Notes under the pieces: model-generated
The model's database searches: none
Told to the model about the DNA's origin: nothing
Seen by the model: only the letters and a program-made list of their open reading frames with translations
Origin: Marsupella aquatica
Taxonomy: Eukaryota > Plantae > Marchantiophyta
DNA length: 64,000 nucleotides
Reading direction: 5' to 3'
Assembly: GCA_973895155.1 (NCBI GenBank)
Contig: OZ316895.1
Location: 24,433,538-24,497,537, forward strand
Shown: positions 24,087-38,000 of the stretch, in pieces
Layout of the letters: each line of letters starts with the position of its first letter
Position numbering within the stretch: the first letter of the stretch is position 1
Made by a program: the position numbers and the translations under genes

Positions 24087-24460
24087 AGACTTCACGTCAG
24101 TCCTTCACTGCAGCTATGGAGTTCATGGCCACGTCCATTCTGTCTACCCTCTTGGCCATCCCCTCCTCGTGAAAATGTCAGTTTATTGTAGCTACTCACT
24201 TACCACCGCAGCTATGGAATTCGAAACTGGAGTTTTCTGCGTGGAGCAGCAGGTCGGAGTGCATGCACACTCCCTAATAGAGCCCTTCCCTAGCCTGACA
24301 TCGATCTCTTCTGAAAGTGAGAATTCACGTCACTCCTTCACAGCAGCTAAAGAGTTCATGCTCAATCCGTCCATTCTCTCTACCCTCTTGGCCATCCCTT
24401 CCTCGTGAAAATGTCAGTTCATTGTAGCTGGTCACTCACCGCCCCAGCTATGGAATTCGT
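24087..24460. repeat. Local duplication of about 130 bp at about 237-bp spacing
   Basis: TCCATTCT.TCTACCCTCTTGGCCATCCC.TCCTCGTGAAAATGTCAGTT.ATTGTAGCT occurs near 24135 and near 24371, with shared flanks. Confidence 0.85.
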
Positions 24461-25007
24461 AACGTGCATGTGGAACTGAACAAGTAGAAATGAAACTAGT
24501 TGATCGAAGGTGTCCAACAGCAATAACGACAACCACAAGCGGAGAATGCAGGGGAGTGAGTTGCGGGAATGGAATGCGCACCGATGGTTGAAAATGTTCG
24601 AAGGGCGCTAGTTCGACCTCGAGCTATAGTTAGTCAGCTACAGTCCAATCTAGAGAATTCAGAGCTCGACTCACAACTCGGTGATCTACTTCTTTCTGTG
24701 ATCGTTTGCCACTACTGTACGTGATGATTGGATGGTCGGGAGGTTCAATTAGCGATTTTGATTTGGTAGGGGCCGAATTGCAGAACCAACAATGGCGAAT
24801 GTCGGATCGCGAATCGAAATCGAAGTAATCCCCGACCCACGAATCCGTTGTGAAAGGTGCTGAGGAGCGAAGGTTCGACGTGTCGTTCGTTCTGCTTGAG
24901 GGGGAGGGATTGGCAAAATGTGGACCGAAGCTTCCACAGGAACGGAAAGAGGGCGATCGACAATCTTATTATGTCACCACACCTGCCCCCATAAGATCCC
25001 CATTCCA

Positions 25008-25303
25008 TGTTTTTCTTGGGGCCCTTTCTCTCTTCCTCCCCTTGATTGGGTTGCTTTGTTTTTCTGGGGCCTTTCTCTCTTTTACTCCCCTTGATTGGGT
25101 TGCTTTGTTTTTCTTGGGGCCCTTTCCCTCTTTTACTCCCCTTTATTGGGTTGCTTTGTTTTTCTTTGGGCCCTTTCATTCTTTTCTTCCCCTTTATCGG
25201 GTTGCTTTGTTTTTCTTGGAGCCCTTTCCCTCTTTTCCTCCCCTTTATTGGGTTGCTTTGTTTTTCTTGGGGCCCTTTCCCTCTTTTCCTCCCCTTCATT
25301 GGG
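25008..25303. repeat. 51-bp minisatellite, about 6 copies
   Basis: Unit CCCTTTATTGGGTTGCTTTGTTTTTCTTGGGGCCCTTTCCCTCTTTTCCTC. It explains the repetitive ORFs in several frames. A related single unit lies at about 41245-41297. Confidence 0.95.
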
Positions 25304-25959
25304 TTCCTTTGCCTTTGGGATCATGTCTCCCCCTCTTCCTTTTTTGCCCTTGGGCACTGTGATATATATTCCATGCCTATACTACTCACTATAAAGGGTG
25401 GAGCACTCCTTTTGTGGAGCTCAAGTACATTCTTACTAAACTGAACCTGTGTGAAGTGTATCATGAGAGCTATGTGAAGTGTATGATGAGAGCTACCTTA
25501 ACCTGTCTCTTTATAAGTGCACTTGTGGTCTAGAAGACCACTTGAATTTCTTTGTCTTATTATTGACTCCAATGCCCTTTATTTACTAACCCAATGCCCG
25601 TGCTTTGATAGTAAATGATGTAGAGTGGAAGTGGTATAGAGGATAAGTGAAGTGTTATAGAACATATTAAGTGAGATACCCAGGCAATTGGACATTCTAG
25701 GGAGTCCGCAAGTGGGCATTGGATTTCAAGGAGTGTGCAAGCTATGAGAAGAATGACATATGGGGTGAAAAATGGTACACAATTATGGCACTTTTGCATC
25801 CATCTCATGATTGAAAACTCCCTAGTATCTTTTTTTATAATTATCACAATTGATTTAAAAGGGTACTAACAACGTTCTTAGACAAAAAATTAATATCAAC
25901 ACTCACATCAACTTTCCCTCTCGTTTGAGCAAGCAGAAATGCAGCACAAAGTGAGCAAC

Positions 25960-26140
25960 CTCCCGTTTCAGCAACACTCCTCGTAGCACATTCAACACTC
26001 CCGTTTGAACAATGCAGCACTCCTGGTAGCAGTCTCCCGACACAACAACACCTAGCGCAACACCCGTTTGCACAATGCAGCACTCCCGGTAGCAGCCTCC
26101 CGACACAACAACACTCCTCGCAGCACAACACTCCCGCTTG
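25960..26140. repeat. Degenerate tandem repeat, about 63-bp period
   Basis: CCGTTTG.ACAATGCAGCACTCC.GGTAGCAG.CTCCCGACACAACAACAC at 26001 and 26064, plus partial copies. Confidence 0.85.
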
Positions 26141-29100
26141 ATCCTTGACTCCAAGCAGCTGCAGTGCAACATTCCCTTTAGACCATTCAGTTCAAGGTAC
26201 AAACAAAAGAGACTCCATGTCAAGGCAAACTATGAGTGGGGCCAAAGGGATTGTGGAGGGAAACGGCACGGGAGTAGACTGACAAGGGCCAATGGAGGGA
26301 AACAAGACACATGAAATGGAACAATTTCAAACTTGTGAAACCCTGGTCAAACTGGGGTCAAACCCTAAAATGTGAGTCCCCAAAAAGCCAGACCCACTCA
26401 AACCATTCCCAAATTCTTGCCATGTTAATACATACATGACTCCGGGATATATATTGGGAATTTTATGCATGCCACATGTACTAATCATATAGTGACACAT
26501 GTACTTTGCATAATCCGACACAAACTAAGATACCCTAACTTCCCTTGTATGCGTTCCATTTACATAGTCAAAAATATTAATATCGATGCCTACTGTTCTT
26601 AAAAGTAGTCCAACAAATAAAGTTGACCCTATAATTATTCTTACACAATTAAATCTTCTTAAGTCTTTTTTAAAATCTAATTAACAGACCCTATACTTCG
26701 TCGCACGTGATGTGAAGTTTTTGCAAAGTGAGACCCCCGAGATCCTTGTAGCTCTCTTTCTTTATGCAAAGCTGTGAAGTGCTTTGAATGGACAAATAAT
26801 TACTTCAAGTTTCAATTGTCATCTTACACGCATGCTTGGCTGTTGTCGAGTGCAATTGATGTTGAGGAGAGGAACTGCCTTAAATACCTCAATATAATAT
26901 TAAGATTTTTGTGCAGCAGGTTCTCTTTGAAGGACACAATTTGGCTGCAAAATCTTGCAGACTCTGAGGAACAGCACCAGCAGTTTATGCAACTCAAGGC
27001 CCTCTTAAGGTTGGTAACTAAAGACCCTAGACATTATTTATCAGCGCTCCTTTATTTGGACCCTTGGACACTCTAGTCATGTCATTTACCTTTCAATCAT
27101 AACTATCTACCCAACTAGCCACATGTAATTTGGGAAGACTATAGGACTTCATAGGGTACTAGAGTATATGACTTATTGTTGGAGGTGTGTTGTCAAGCTA
27201 GTAACCATTTTAGTAGTGGGATTTGAAAAGTGAAAAGAAATTTTAATTAGGAACATGATGGAAATCATACCAACAGAGAGTACACCAGTCAATGCAATTG
27301 TGTCCACATTAAGGAGAGACAGTTATTCTGTTGCTGAGTTAATGCCATCTGGGAGTCATGGCATTTTGGTGAGGTGAACAGTAGGCTTATGGGAAGGCTG
27401 TGGGAAAGGGGATAATTAAGCGGTCTTCCATGCAACAACTTCTCATTTCGCCTAAAGGCGTCACTTGTTGCCCATGAGCTCCTGATAAAAGTTATTCAAT
27501 TACCAACAGATCCACAGGCCCTAGTACACAGAATACCATCATACCAAGTGATGTGCGCTTGATGAAATTTTGGCTTTTGTTTATAAAATGTTGCTTTTGG
27601 GAAGCTTTGCAGTTGAGATTCAAAAACCAACAAAAGTAGTCTTTCCTCTTGCGCCATAACAGGGAGAACACCACTTCTAGTCTAATGACAACTATGGACT
27701 ATTGACTGAGGCATAGCTCCGATTGCTTAACAGCAGATTCATTTATCTTCCACAGGTCAAGTCCATCACATCAGACCTTTTAGGACAAGCAGCTGAGCGT
27801 GAGAGACCAGCCGCCAATTGGAAATTTTTGCTTTTTCAGCCTGGCCCAGCCCTTGTGGCATCCAATATATTTGCATTGAAGATAGTCACTTGGGTATGCT
27901 ATCCTTGTAACATATATGCTTCACAGGTTGTGTGCTTTAGTTTCAAGCGGTCCATGTTTGTCTCATGTTTCTGTTCCCTCCCTTCATGTGGGGTTTCACG
28001 GATTGCCACTTAAAAATGGCTATTATCATTTATCTTTGTAACTATCCTTCCTATGGGGTCTCAAGGATTGCCTCTTAAAAAAAGTTATCATCATTTATCT
28101 TTGTAGCTATCATGCTAATTTTAATTGACATAAACTTGTGCCCATGTCAACAATGCACTGCCTATCTTAATTGGTACAAATTGGTGTGTTCCTTCAAGAT
28201 TGTACGTTGTTTTGAAGAAAACTTAAAAGGGTACTTGTGTTGTAAAGCTATTAGATTAATCTATAAAGACCCTTACATTCTGGAATCTTGTATAAATAAT
28301 CCATAGCTAAGCATACTGAATCTCAGCTAAATTACAGAGCAATGAAATTGATAGATTACCATGCATGCACGAGTATTGGATTTCTTGACCTACAGAATTA
28401 TCTGGCCTAGAGATCTTGAGAAGGCCACTGTAGGGAAAAAATTGAATCCCAACCACGCGCACCTTTGCAAAAGGGACTTCTTGGCCCTCCCTGTCCCTAC
28501 CACCCCTTGTGGATCTCTTGCTATGTTTACAACCCATTTGCAAAGTGCAGTAAGTTCTGTTGAGGGCCATAGCATGAACTTGCGCTTTTCTGCATGAATC
28601 TGGCCGCTATAATGCAAAAACTAGCATTTCTTTGAAAGACTAGTTTTGGTTGCATTGTCATGATGGTGTCTGTATCGTACATTTTTCTGAAGGATTTCGG
28701 GCACCCGTAACATTACAACAACCTTGTGTGCGTGATTGCGGGGTGTGAGGTTGACCTTGCATGTGTGATGGCGACTGCAGGACAGTACTCCTTGGTCCTG
28801 CAATGTGAGGTTAAAGGCATTGAACATTTTCTTGCAGCAAAGGGAGATTCTTAGGATGCCCAGCCTGAGTGAGCATGGATATAGTAGACAAATTTGATGT
28901 GGAACCTGCATTGTGATGCTTGCGACTGGGCTGTAATTGCAATAGGGGATCCATAGGGGTTGCAGGGACTCCCCCAACAAGTCCCTTTCAAAAAGCAAAG
29001 CCTTGTACGGGTATTATAATTACTCAAGATTATATTCATGCAAGGCCCCATCAAGATAATTCAATTCCAATAACTGGGAAACCATTCTAATTAGACACTT

Positions 29101-29163
29101 GCTAAAAGGGTCAATAACACATGATTGTGTGCTTAATCCAGGGTTTAATCTGTGGTCATATCC

Positions 29164-32105
29164 TGTTAATATTATGTCCAAACTCTATCTTTATTGCTCT
29201 CCTTATTACTTTGTTAATACCTCTTACATCACCTCACTTAGTGGCTTAATTAGATTTGTTAGATCTAGGCCTAAGCAGTCCTACCCTGAGTCCTACGTAC
29301 GGCCAGATTAGGCCCACATTTTAGTTACCGCTTTGCAATCCCTCTCACATTGTACATAGTTGTTTCCTACTGGGATCTCCATGCTCATTCATTGATTCCT
29401 TAATTTCAGTTTAGTAATTAAAGCTAATTTCTTTCATGGTATAAGAGCGCGCCCGCATCGATCCCCTGCTTAGTTGTTTGATTACTTTGTCGATGAGCAT
29501 CTCCCAATCAGTACAGAGTTCCACACAATGGGATCTCAATATGTCAGCACTCACAGTCATTGAGTCTAAAGTCTAAACGTTACGGGTACACTGAATCTGA
29601 AATTAAAGCTTGATGGGACCAATAACTCCATGATGTGGGCTTCAAGGTGTAACGCATCATGAAGAGGGAGAAAATCTGGGTTGAACTGATTGACCCAGAA
29701 AGCACTACACCATGCAACCTTATCAGTTGAGCAGCTTGCTGACAGACAGGAATGTGCACTGTACATCATCGTCAGCACGGTAAGGGACCACAATTAGTAT
29801 TCCCTTAGTTAAAAAATTAAATGTGCATTGTACATCATCAGCAGCACCATAAGGGACCACAGTCATTATTCCCTTAGTTAAAAAATTTGAAGATGACCCT
29901 AGAAAGCTACGGGCTGAATTAAAAACTAGATTTGAGTCAGCTGCATTGGGAATTCAGGTGGTCCTACGTAGACATCTGAACATGCTGCTTAATATGTCAG
30001 AAGGATCCTCTGTTGAGGACTTTGTGAAGGACATTGACTCCATCATCATTTAGTTAGCTGACACTAGAGATTCTCTTGAAGATAAAGAGTTGATGCACAT
30101 CACTCTTAGTTAACGGTTTGCCAAATAGTTGGCAACCATGAAACTATTCTTCACCAAACTCTAAAATTACTTGGTCAGCCACTTCCAAGCAGAAGTTCAA
30201 CTTTAGACAACTCTCAGGAACGTAACACTCAAGAAGCCCTTGTAGTGCAGTACAATAGTACCCACACCAACTACAACAATAACAATTACCGAGGCAAAGG
30301 CAAAGGCCATGGGATAATTGGAGGTGGCAGAGGCAACTTGAAAAGTAAGGCGTTTAATAACACTGATGGTAGAAAGCAACTATCTGAAAAAGATGGAAAA
30401 TCAAATCAAAGACCTACAGTTGAGGCACTCTGACACCCGCTCTAACATGCATGTATGTTAGTGGCAATAGCTCCGCTCTTGATTCCTTTGGTCCATGCTC
30501 CACTCTCTCAAATGTGACCACTGTTTCTAGAACATGAGTTCCAATAGCAGGAAAATTAAAGGATGTACTACATTTGGCAATAATAAATTAAGTTGTCTGC
30601 AAAGTCTTGCAAAGTCTTGTTCAACAACAGCTCTGACTTGACTAAAGCACCCACTGTGGACAAATTTGTTCTCAACAGTTTAGAATTGCAGTTATGGCAT
30701 TTTCACTTGTGCCATGTGAACTTTCATTGGCTCCATCCAATCACAACTAAGTAGCTTGTTGTTGGAATGCCCTCTCTTCCGCTTGATAAATTAACACCTC
30801 TATGACTCCTATGTTCTTGCCAAGCAACATCGAGAACGTGCTGCATGAAAATCCAATAGCCATTCAGATCGACCATTGCAGCTGATACACACCAATCTTT
30901 GCGGACGATTTGACATCTCAACTATTTAGGGCTCTCATTATCTTCTTATTTTCACAAATGATCACTCTCGATTCACTTGGACATACTTTCTTGCTGCAAA
31001 GAGTGAAACATTTGCAAAATTCAAGGAGTTCCATGCAAGCCACAGTTGAGAACAAACTGCAGGCCAAAATCTCATGTCTTTGCTCAGATCGGGAGGAGAG
31101 TATCTGTCGGCAGAATTTAATCTCCACTGTGACCAGTACAACATTAGATGACAACTCATTGCAGCAAATACTCCACATCAAAACAGTGTAGCAGAGAGAA
31201 AGAATGTTGCACTCTCCAGCCTGGAGGTTGTAGCATGGAGCATTCAGCTAGCAGGACACATCCCAGATTTTCTTTGAGATGAACTCATAAAAATTGCTAC
31301 TTATATTCTCAATAGGTGTGAAAGTCAAACTTCTTCTCTTCATCAGCCACACCTTTTTAGGCTATGTATGGATCTAAACCTGATGTTTCTCACCTTAGAG
31401 TTGTTTGATATATGTCTAGCCTATGTCCATATCCCAAGACATCTAAGGCAAAAACTATCAGCTAAGTCTCTTAGAACTGTCTTTCTAGGAAATGATGACA
31501 AAACCAAAGCATACAGATGCTTCGATCCTCTCAGACGTAAAATCCTAATTAGCAGGGACATTGTATTCAATGAGGAAGTTATGCCTGATTCCATTGTTCA
31601 GGTTGGCCATGATTGCATTGAGACAATTCTCTCCATAGAATATCCTTTCTTAATTAGGTTCAAGTGACATCTTGCCTGGTCAACCCTTTACTTCAATCAC
31701 TAGAATTTTTTGAGAACACCATTGACAATCTTCCTCATTCAATTACATAATTTGGAATCCAGTCTCCCCATTGATTTGTCTCAAGAGTAGTCTTCTTCAC
31801 AAGAACAGACCTATGACTCATCAACTTCTCCTGAACCTGAAGTTGTGTGTGATGTAATGCATACTGAGTCTGTTAACACATCACTGGATATCTTAGTTGA
31901 ACCACCAACCCCCACGTCTAGCAGAAGCAGAGCTCTCCCCATCTATCTTCAGAAGGTTTGTGTGTTAGGATATACACCCAACAATACTAACATATGTCTT
32001 GTTGACACATCTGACCCAGTTGATGAGAACATCACATTTGATCAAGCCATTTGTGAGCCTCCATGGTATGCTGCTATGACTGAGGAATATCAGTCAGTAC
32101 TTTCC
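29164..32105 (+). mobile_element. Truncated, decayed Ty1/copia LTR retrotransposon (5' LTR, PBS, gag, integrase, start of RT region; no RT core or 3' LTR)
   Basis: LTR end TTTCA at 29436 is followed by a tRNA-Met PBS-like TGGTATAAGAGC (29437-29448). Gag-like KLDGTN and MSEGSSVEDFVKDID; pre-integrase QLWHFHLCHVNF; integrase SETFAKFKEF, CSDR(G)GEY and TPHQNSVAERKN; LAYVHIP...KLSAKS...VFLG...KAYRCFDP...ISRDIVFNE; PWYAAMTEEYQS. Many stops and frameshifts. The LTR start (TGTTAA at 29164) is tentative. Confidence 0.9.
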
Positions 32106-33225
32106 TTCCTCCCATCTAAAAAATAAACATGTATATATATATGTATATATATATATATTTATGTCAATTTAAAATTTAAATTTTTATTAATTTGAATAAA
32201 AATTGCATCATTTGTTTTTGGTGATCATGTTACTACTCTGGATGTAATGGCCACTGTCACCCATCTTGCATCTCCATGTTCTCACTTTCCTCCTCCTCAA
32301 CAATAACAAGTTCACAATAATAACCAAAATGATAACATTTTTGTAACAATGACAAACTCTTTCAAACAATGACATTTTTTATGTTACATTTTTTTGTAGC
32401 GCATAGGGAATGAGTTTGCCTGTATTTTTTTGTGTTTCCTTTACAACTTTGCCTCATTTGGACACTTTTTTGTCCTTTCAATATATGTTCTTCACTTCAA
32501 CATTTTCTGTGCATTGCATGAGCATTTTTTGTGTTCTTTACCTCACCATAATATCTTTCTCTCACCTTGGACATTTGTTCTCTTCTCAACATATTTTATT
32601 CATCTTTACATTTTTTTTTCACCTTGTTATTTTTTCTTTCATCAACATTTTTATTTTTTTTCCATTGTGAGTTCCTTTCTTCACCTCAATATCTTTTTCT
32701 CACATGGACAACTTTTTCATACGAGCATCGTAGTTTTCTTTGCCTCAAAATCTTTTTGTCTCATCGAGAACTTTTTTCACACTAACATTTTTAATTTTTT
32801 TACCTCAACATCTTTTGTGAAATACAAGGCAGGCATTGGCCGGGCTAGTTTCTTTCATATCCATCATTCATTCAGCTGAATCTCATCCCGATTAAGATTA
32901 AAAGGGCTCCTGCACAAGACTGTGTATTTGATCTATTCTCAATCTATGGTCATCATTGGAGCCGATTCACTTCCCAATCTAAGATTCTCGCTGAAATGAG
33001 CAAATTAGTGTGGTTGGCCTGTCCTCAGTTATGCACTGCAGCTGGCTAACTTTCCAATGGCGCAGTCGAATTAGACTCTAGTCCAGGATCGGCTGGTTCA
33101 ATTAATTCATTTGAGACAAACTGTTCAATGTTACTTTGTAGCCGCATAATAGATGCATCACTGTGAGGTCAGGACAGATATACAGACCCTTTGAATCAAT
33201 CTGTTTAATACACTTGAGACTAAGA

Positions 33226-33629
33226 TAAGGTGATCGGGTACCGGATCTTTAGCTTGTTGATCGAATGTGTCTAGGCTAGTACAAGATACGTCTCAATTCA
33301 AGAAATGAAAGCGATGGGTGGGCGTAAGGTGATCGGGGACCGGATCTTTAGCTTGTTGATGGAATGTGTCTAGGCTAGACGTACAAGATAAGTCTCAATT
33401 CAAAAAATGAAGGCGATGGGTGGGCGTAAGGTGATCGGGGCCCGGATCTTTAACTTGTTGATCGAATGTGTCTAGGCTAGTACAAGCTAGGTAAAGCCTC
33501 AATTCAAGGAATGAAGGCGATGGGTGGGCGTAAGGTGATCGGGGACCGGATCTTTAGCTTGTTGATCGAATGTGTCTAGGCTAGTACAAGGTAAGCCTCA
33601 CTCAAGGAATGAACGCGATGGGTGGGCGT
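33226..33629. repeat. Tandem array of four 99-104-bp units
   Basis: Units start at 33226, 33325, 33427 and 33531: TAAGGTGATCGGG..CCGGATCTTTA.CTTGTTGAT.GAATGTGTCTAGGCTAG...TCAA..AATGAA.GCGATGGGTGGGCG. Confidence 0.95.
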
Positions 33630-35063
33630 GTAGATTATTTGTTCAAAATTGCAAATGCTGTTGATTTCCGGCCGCACGAGACACACCTACGGCGTTACAT
33701 ACTACAGAACGAATAATTGTGGAACTCAAACAGCTGCTTTAATTTGGATTCCTACCGTAATATTGGTCCCGGAGTTGAGGTCCCAATTATTAACTGAAGC
33801 TAGCCACGCAGGTAGATCTCACATAGTTGCGTGAGTGCATACGGTTTGCAAAGAAGGAAAGGCTGGTTGGGTGCATCCCACGAAATATAACTCCCAGGTA
33901 GAAATCCATACACCACGAGAAGTGCTGTTGTACACACGACAACAGTAAACATTGATATCCAGATTATCATTGCAGTCATATATCCAGAATTTTATGTAAA
34001 AAAATGATAAAAAAATGTTATTCAACAGGGGATGTGGAGCGCAACAAACGAAGCCTGGCCTGACGAGGGCACAGGTGCTTCTGCTGGATACGGGGCTTTA
34101 GGTCGCTCTGTTGCGAACCCCTGAATACATGCCATACTCCTTTGGATGCTGTTCCATCCACGAATTTACATCCGCCAGTTGATGCAAGACTTGCAGAGAT
34201 AAGAACTTGCCATGCCTCCAACTTGGGAATAGCATGACTCGAAACGCGTAGTGACATTGCCGATGACTCTTTCAAACAAAACGTGAACTAGAGTGTAAAG
34301 ATGTGTGAGCTTTAGAACAAGCAAACAGTTTAAGGCCCATAACCTGTGATCGTTCTCAATAGAGAGAACAAAACAATTTTACACACATCAATTGACTGAG
34401 ACTCACATCGAGAAAGATGGTGTACAGATTGTCTTCTTTATTCTCCCCCGCATTCTCCGTGAAGAGAATGGACAGAAAGCTTAGAATGAACTCAGATCAA
34501 TACCGCAGAGGGAGGGAGAGATGAACCTTAATACCTCACATCCCCGCGGACAATCGAGACAATTCAAATACACAGAGAATGTGAACTGCTAACAACGGAA
34601 ACAAAAAGAACTCTTCAAACACTGACGCATGGTGAGTTCAACGACTTACACCCATGGCAGTTTACATGAGTAAAGCTGCAAACGGAAACTCTTAAGAAAT
34701 GACACGAGGAGTGCAGACAATCACCCTCGGCATTTTACATGAGAAACAAGTAACCCGAGAAATTCTCTAACACTAACACAGATAACAGTCGATCAGAAGA
34801 GACGACAGAGCATCCTGTGATCACAGATGCTTTCCTGTACCTGGAATGTATATATGCTTCTCCTCCACAAAAGCTAACTGATGCATCATTGAAACATGTC
34901 TGTAACGTAGCGTAGAAACTGGAACGAACAGGTAGTGATTGGTTCAAGGGCCATCCAGGCCTTCTATACAAACCCTGAAGGCTGCAGATCGATGGATTAA
35001 TCGAGGTTTGCGACGACAACTATCAGCGGCTTGTGAACCTACAGCTGAATCTTAGTAGTACTG

Positions 35064-37386
35064 TTAGACTACAACAATCAGCGGTTTGTTAAACGAATAT
35101 CGATAACTGGTTTTATGGAACATGTTATGTGCGGGAATGGAGTTGATGCACGCTTGAATAGTGGGCTCCAGGGCTCTTCTTTCCTCAGGAGATACTATAT
35201 TAGTAATCTCCTCAGACGTGGCTAGTATGTCTCGGTTTATGTTTTCAACCATTCCCATCACAATCTCGGCGGCAGCGTTGTACGAGCATTGTCGCCAATG
35301 GCTGACTAGAAAAACCATGTTGTGATATTCACCGTTCCGCAGCTCCTACAGACACAGGCACGAGCGATATCAGAACACTGCAGACGACATGTAATCATAC
35401 AATTATAGTAGACCCTGACATGAATCATATTGGCAAGCCGAATGATTTCTAGTTTCTAAATAACGAAGGCCTAAGTAGGACTGTTCCTTTCCATCTGCTG
35501 ACATGCATTCTGCGTACACAAAAGCCAATCGTTTTCACGAATGTACTTTTCAGTCACCCCAAATCAAAATCTAATCGAGACGGTATGTTGGTCAAATACC
35601 TTCGGGAAAGAGTAAATGTCGTTGAATAAGCAAGAAGCCAGATTTGAAACCTCGAGTAGATGCTGGACTCTCTCTGTGAAATACACCTCGTCGGAAGAAA
35701 TCTTCAAGTTCTTATCCACAAAGTCAGCACCGGGACCCTGCAAGAAGAGCATGGAGCAGAGCACCTTTGGTGTGAAGTTCCTATCATGGTTAACCTATTT
35801 AACGTTATTTTCGGATATTGAGTCAAAATATACTTCCAGAACACTCTACAGAGGAAAAAATGCTGTGCAGTGTTTCGTAGTAAGTGCATAATCCGCAGGT
35901 AATTTGCATGTCCTAAAATGATATTTATAAGTTAGTGGTCAAACGTTTGTTTCCAACATACAGAACCATTAATCGTGACCTCGTTACCGAGCCCGTTACT
36001 GTAGGTGCATACATTGTAATTAATCGCACTAGCTGATCTCAACTCACCAAGAGCATCTGCATGCCACCAGAGCCTGTACGATGAATCACGTACTCGTCAG
36101 TTGTGGGAACCTTCTTTTGCTTGCGGTGGACACTCTCACGAATATGCCAGCAGAAATAATCGTTGAACGCGGCTCCTTGACGCAGGCTCCACTCCTTCGG
36201 CATCGCCGTGATTGCCTCCTGCCATAGGTCCAGAAAACCACCCGCGCAGGGATTTACTGTTTCTGGATAAGCTGCACAATATACACGGAACAGAAAATGA
36301 GTAACGTTCAAGCTTCAATTCAAGCTTCAATTATATATAATTAAGTCCTCAGGAACGAAGGTGAGGTCCCCTCTAGAAACCACATACTCTAAAGGGTAAG
36401 GCGTTCATGGTCTTCATTGGGGATCGAGGCGAGATAGACATGTTTAAGAAAGGCAACGGACATGAACAAAGAAAGCAAAGTAATTATATATAAAAACTTT
36501 AATTTTTATTTCGCCACCGAGCGCCAGTGAATTCGTTTGAACCAGTATATAAACTTTCTCCGTTGTGAGTGAATGGGAAATATCAGCTATTGGTAAGATG
36601 AGATCGAAAGTGCTGGAGACTCGGATAAAGATCTAGGTACGTACTGGTACTAATCATTAGAGCTGGCCCTCGAGAGAGAAACAGGCGCGTAAGTCTCATC
36701 AGCAGCAAACATTTGCAGGTTTCCATTAGTCAATACCGTGCCGTCTAACTCATGTTCACTGATCACGCACACTTTCATAATCTAAACCAACTAACCAATC
36801 TCCACTAGACAAACTAACAACGTTAGAAAGATAGGTTCTTACGTGTCCCAACTGGGTGTTTCCGTCCTTCAGATAGTGTTTTCTGGCAGAGTTCCTCAAT
36901 GGATTTTTTGTAAGCTGGCAGCTTATCGAAAAGCCCCAGTAGCTTGGCGATCCACTCGTCACAATCATCTGGGAAAGACCAGAAAAGGATCAAGTTCCAC
37001 TCAATCATTAAATGGTCCGGGCTGTCGGGTGCGTTGTCTCCAACCTGGACTTCAAGGTAGTCATCGGCCACGAAGAACATTGTGACAAGCTTTGCTATCC
37101 ACAGAGTGCCTTCGAAGGGCGAATCCGGGTGGGTCATGCTTAGCACCCTTGGACAATTCATCTCCACGAACCGTTGGAATGTAACTTCGTTGAACAAGGT
37201 GTGCTGGTTCGTTTCTCTGAGCCACTCGTGTGTCAATCCTGAAATGTCATCAGCCCGAGGGTGCAGCCGGGCAACGATTCCGCAGTCCAGGTCGCGTACC
37301 ATGTATTGTTTGAGCTGATCAAACTTGTGCATGTTGAGGTCATTTTGTCGCTCACCGAGTTCCGGGGTAGTCATTGTCGTCGTCAT
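35064..37386 (-). CDS. MTPSL: Microbial terpene synthase-like (MTPSL) class I terpene cyclase, about 395 aa, probably a sesquiterpene or monoterpene synthase
   Basis: Exons 37386-36843, 36271-36048, 35737-35600 and 35345-35064 join in frame (1188 nt). Motifs: FFVADDYLE (DDxxE), EYVIHRTGSGGM (pyrophosphate-sensor Arg), NDIYSFPKE (NSE motif, split by the last intron) and C-terminal TSYRY. Alpha domain only, no plant TPS beta/gamma domain and no obvious transit peptide. Confidence 0.92.
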
Positions 37387-37769
37387 GCCTGACAACCAGC
37401 CGAGACAGTGAGTTTATGGAGAGCTAGAATCGGCAGTCCCTTTGACTCAGATCAACTTGACTGCTGGTATCGTATGAATGAAGGAAAAGTGCACGACCAG
37501 AATTCGATCGATATATTGCAGGATGGAGACTGTGTATCTGAAGTGAATGTATCGGAACACAAATTGACATGTAGGACAGTCAGATCCCAAGGGGAAGCTG
37601 GTGGCCTAAAGTCAGCCGACTAGTCCAGACAAAGGAGGTTGTGAATTACCGCTGCCCCTCAGGAACTTTGAGACTAAGAATATCGAAAGCAGTGAGGGAC
37701 CAAATCAACTCAAGATAGAGTGAACATCAAGCCGTTCAGATAATGAGTATCTCGAACTTGGATACCCTC

Positions 37770-37777
37770 TTATATAT
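37770..37777 (-). promoter_or_regulatory. Probable TATA box of the MTPSL gene
   Basis: ATATATAA on the minus strand, upstream of a candidate non-coding first exon (donor GTAATT at 37649-37644; acceptor TCAG ending at 37389, 2 nt before the ATG). Confidence 0.5.
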
Positions 37778-38000
37778 GTGTATATCATGAGCCAGCCGAT
37801 GTACTTCCTTTGTGCGTCATCAACCGCGCAAGCTAGTGGGGAGATACTCGATCGACAACTTGTTGCGCGCGCAGTGGGAAGGCACTCACCCGGATAGGCC
37901 ACAGGGTTTTGGGTATTGGTTGTCATGATTTCTCGTGCTGGTGGCACCGTGATGCCAGCACACCATTTCAACGTACCGCGGATGTCAATGAACCAATTTC

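Noticed and set aside
24745-25444. Long overlapping ORFs of up to 184 aa with Lys-rich or hydrophobic repeats
   Set aside because: They are by-products of the 51-bp minisatellite, which is open in several frames on both strands.
32410-32879. Phe-rich membrane-protein ORFs
   Set aside because: T-rich low-complexity sequence open in three frames, with no recognisable domain.
33226-33629. CRISPR-like repeat-spacer array
   Set aside because: Units are about 100 bp, the variable parts are short and mutually related, there are no cas genes and the context is eukaryotic.
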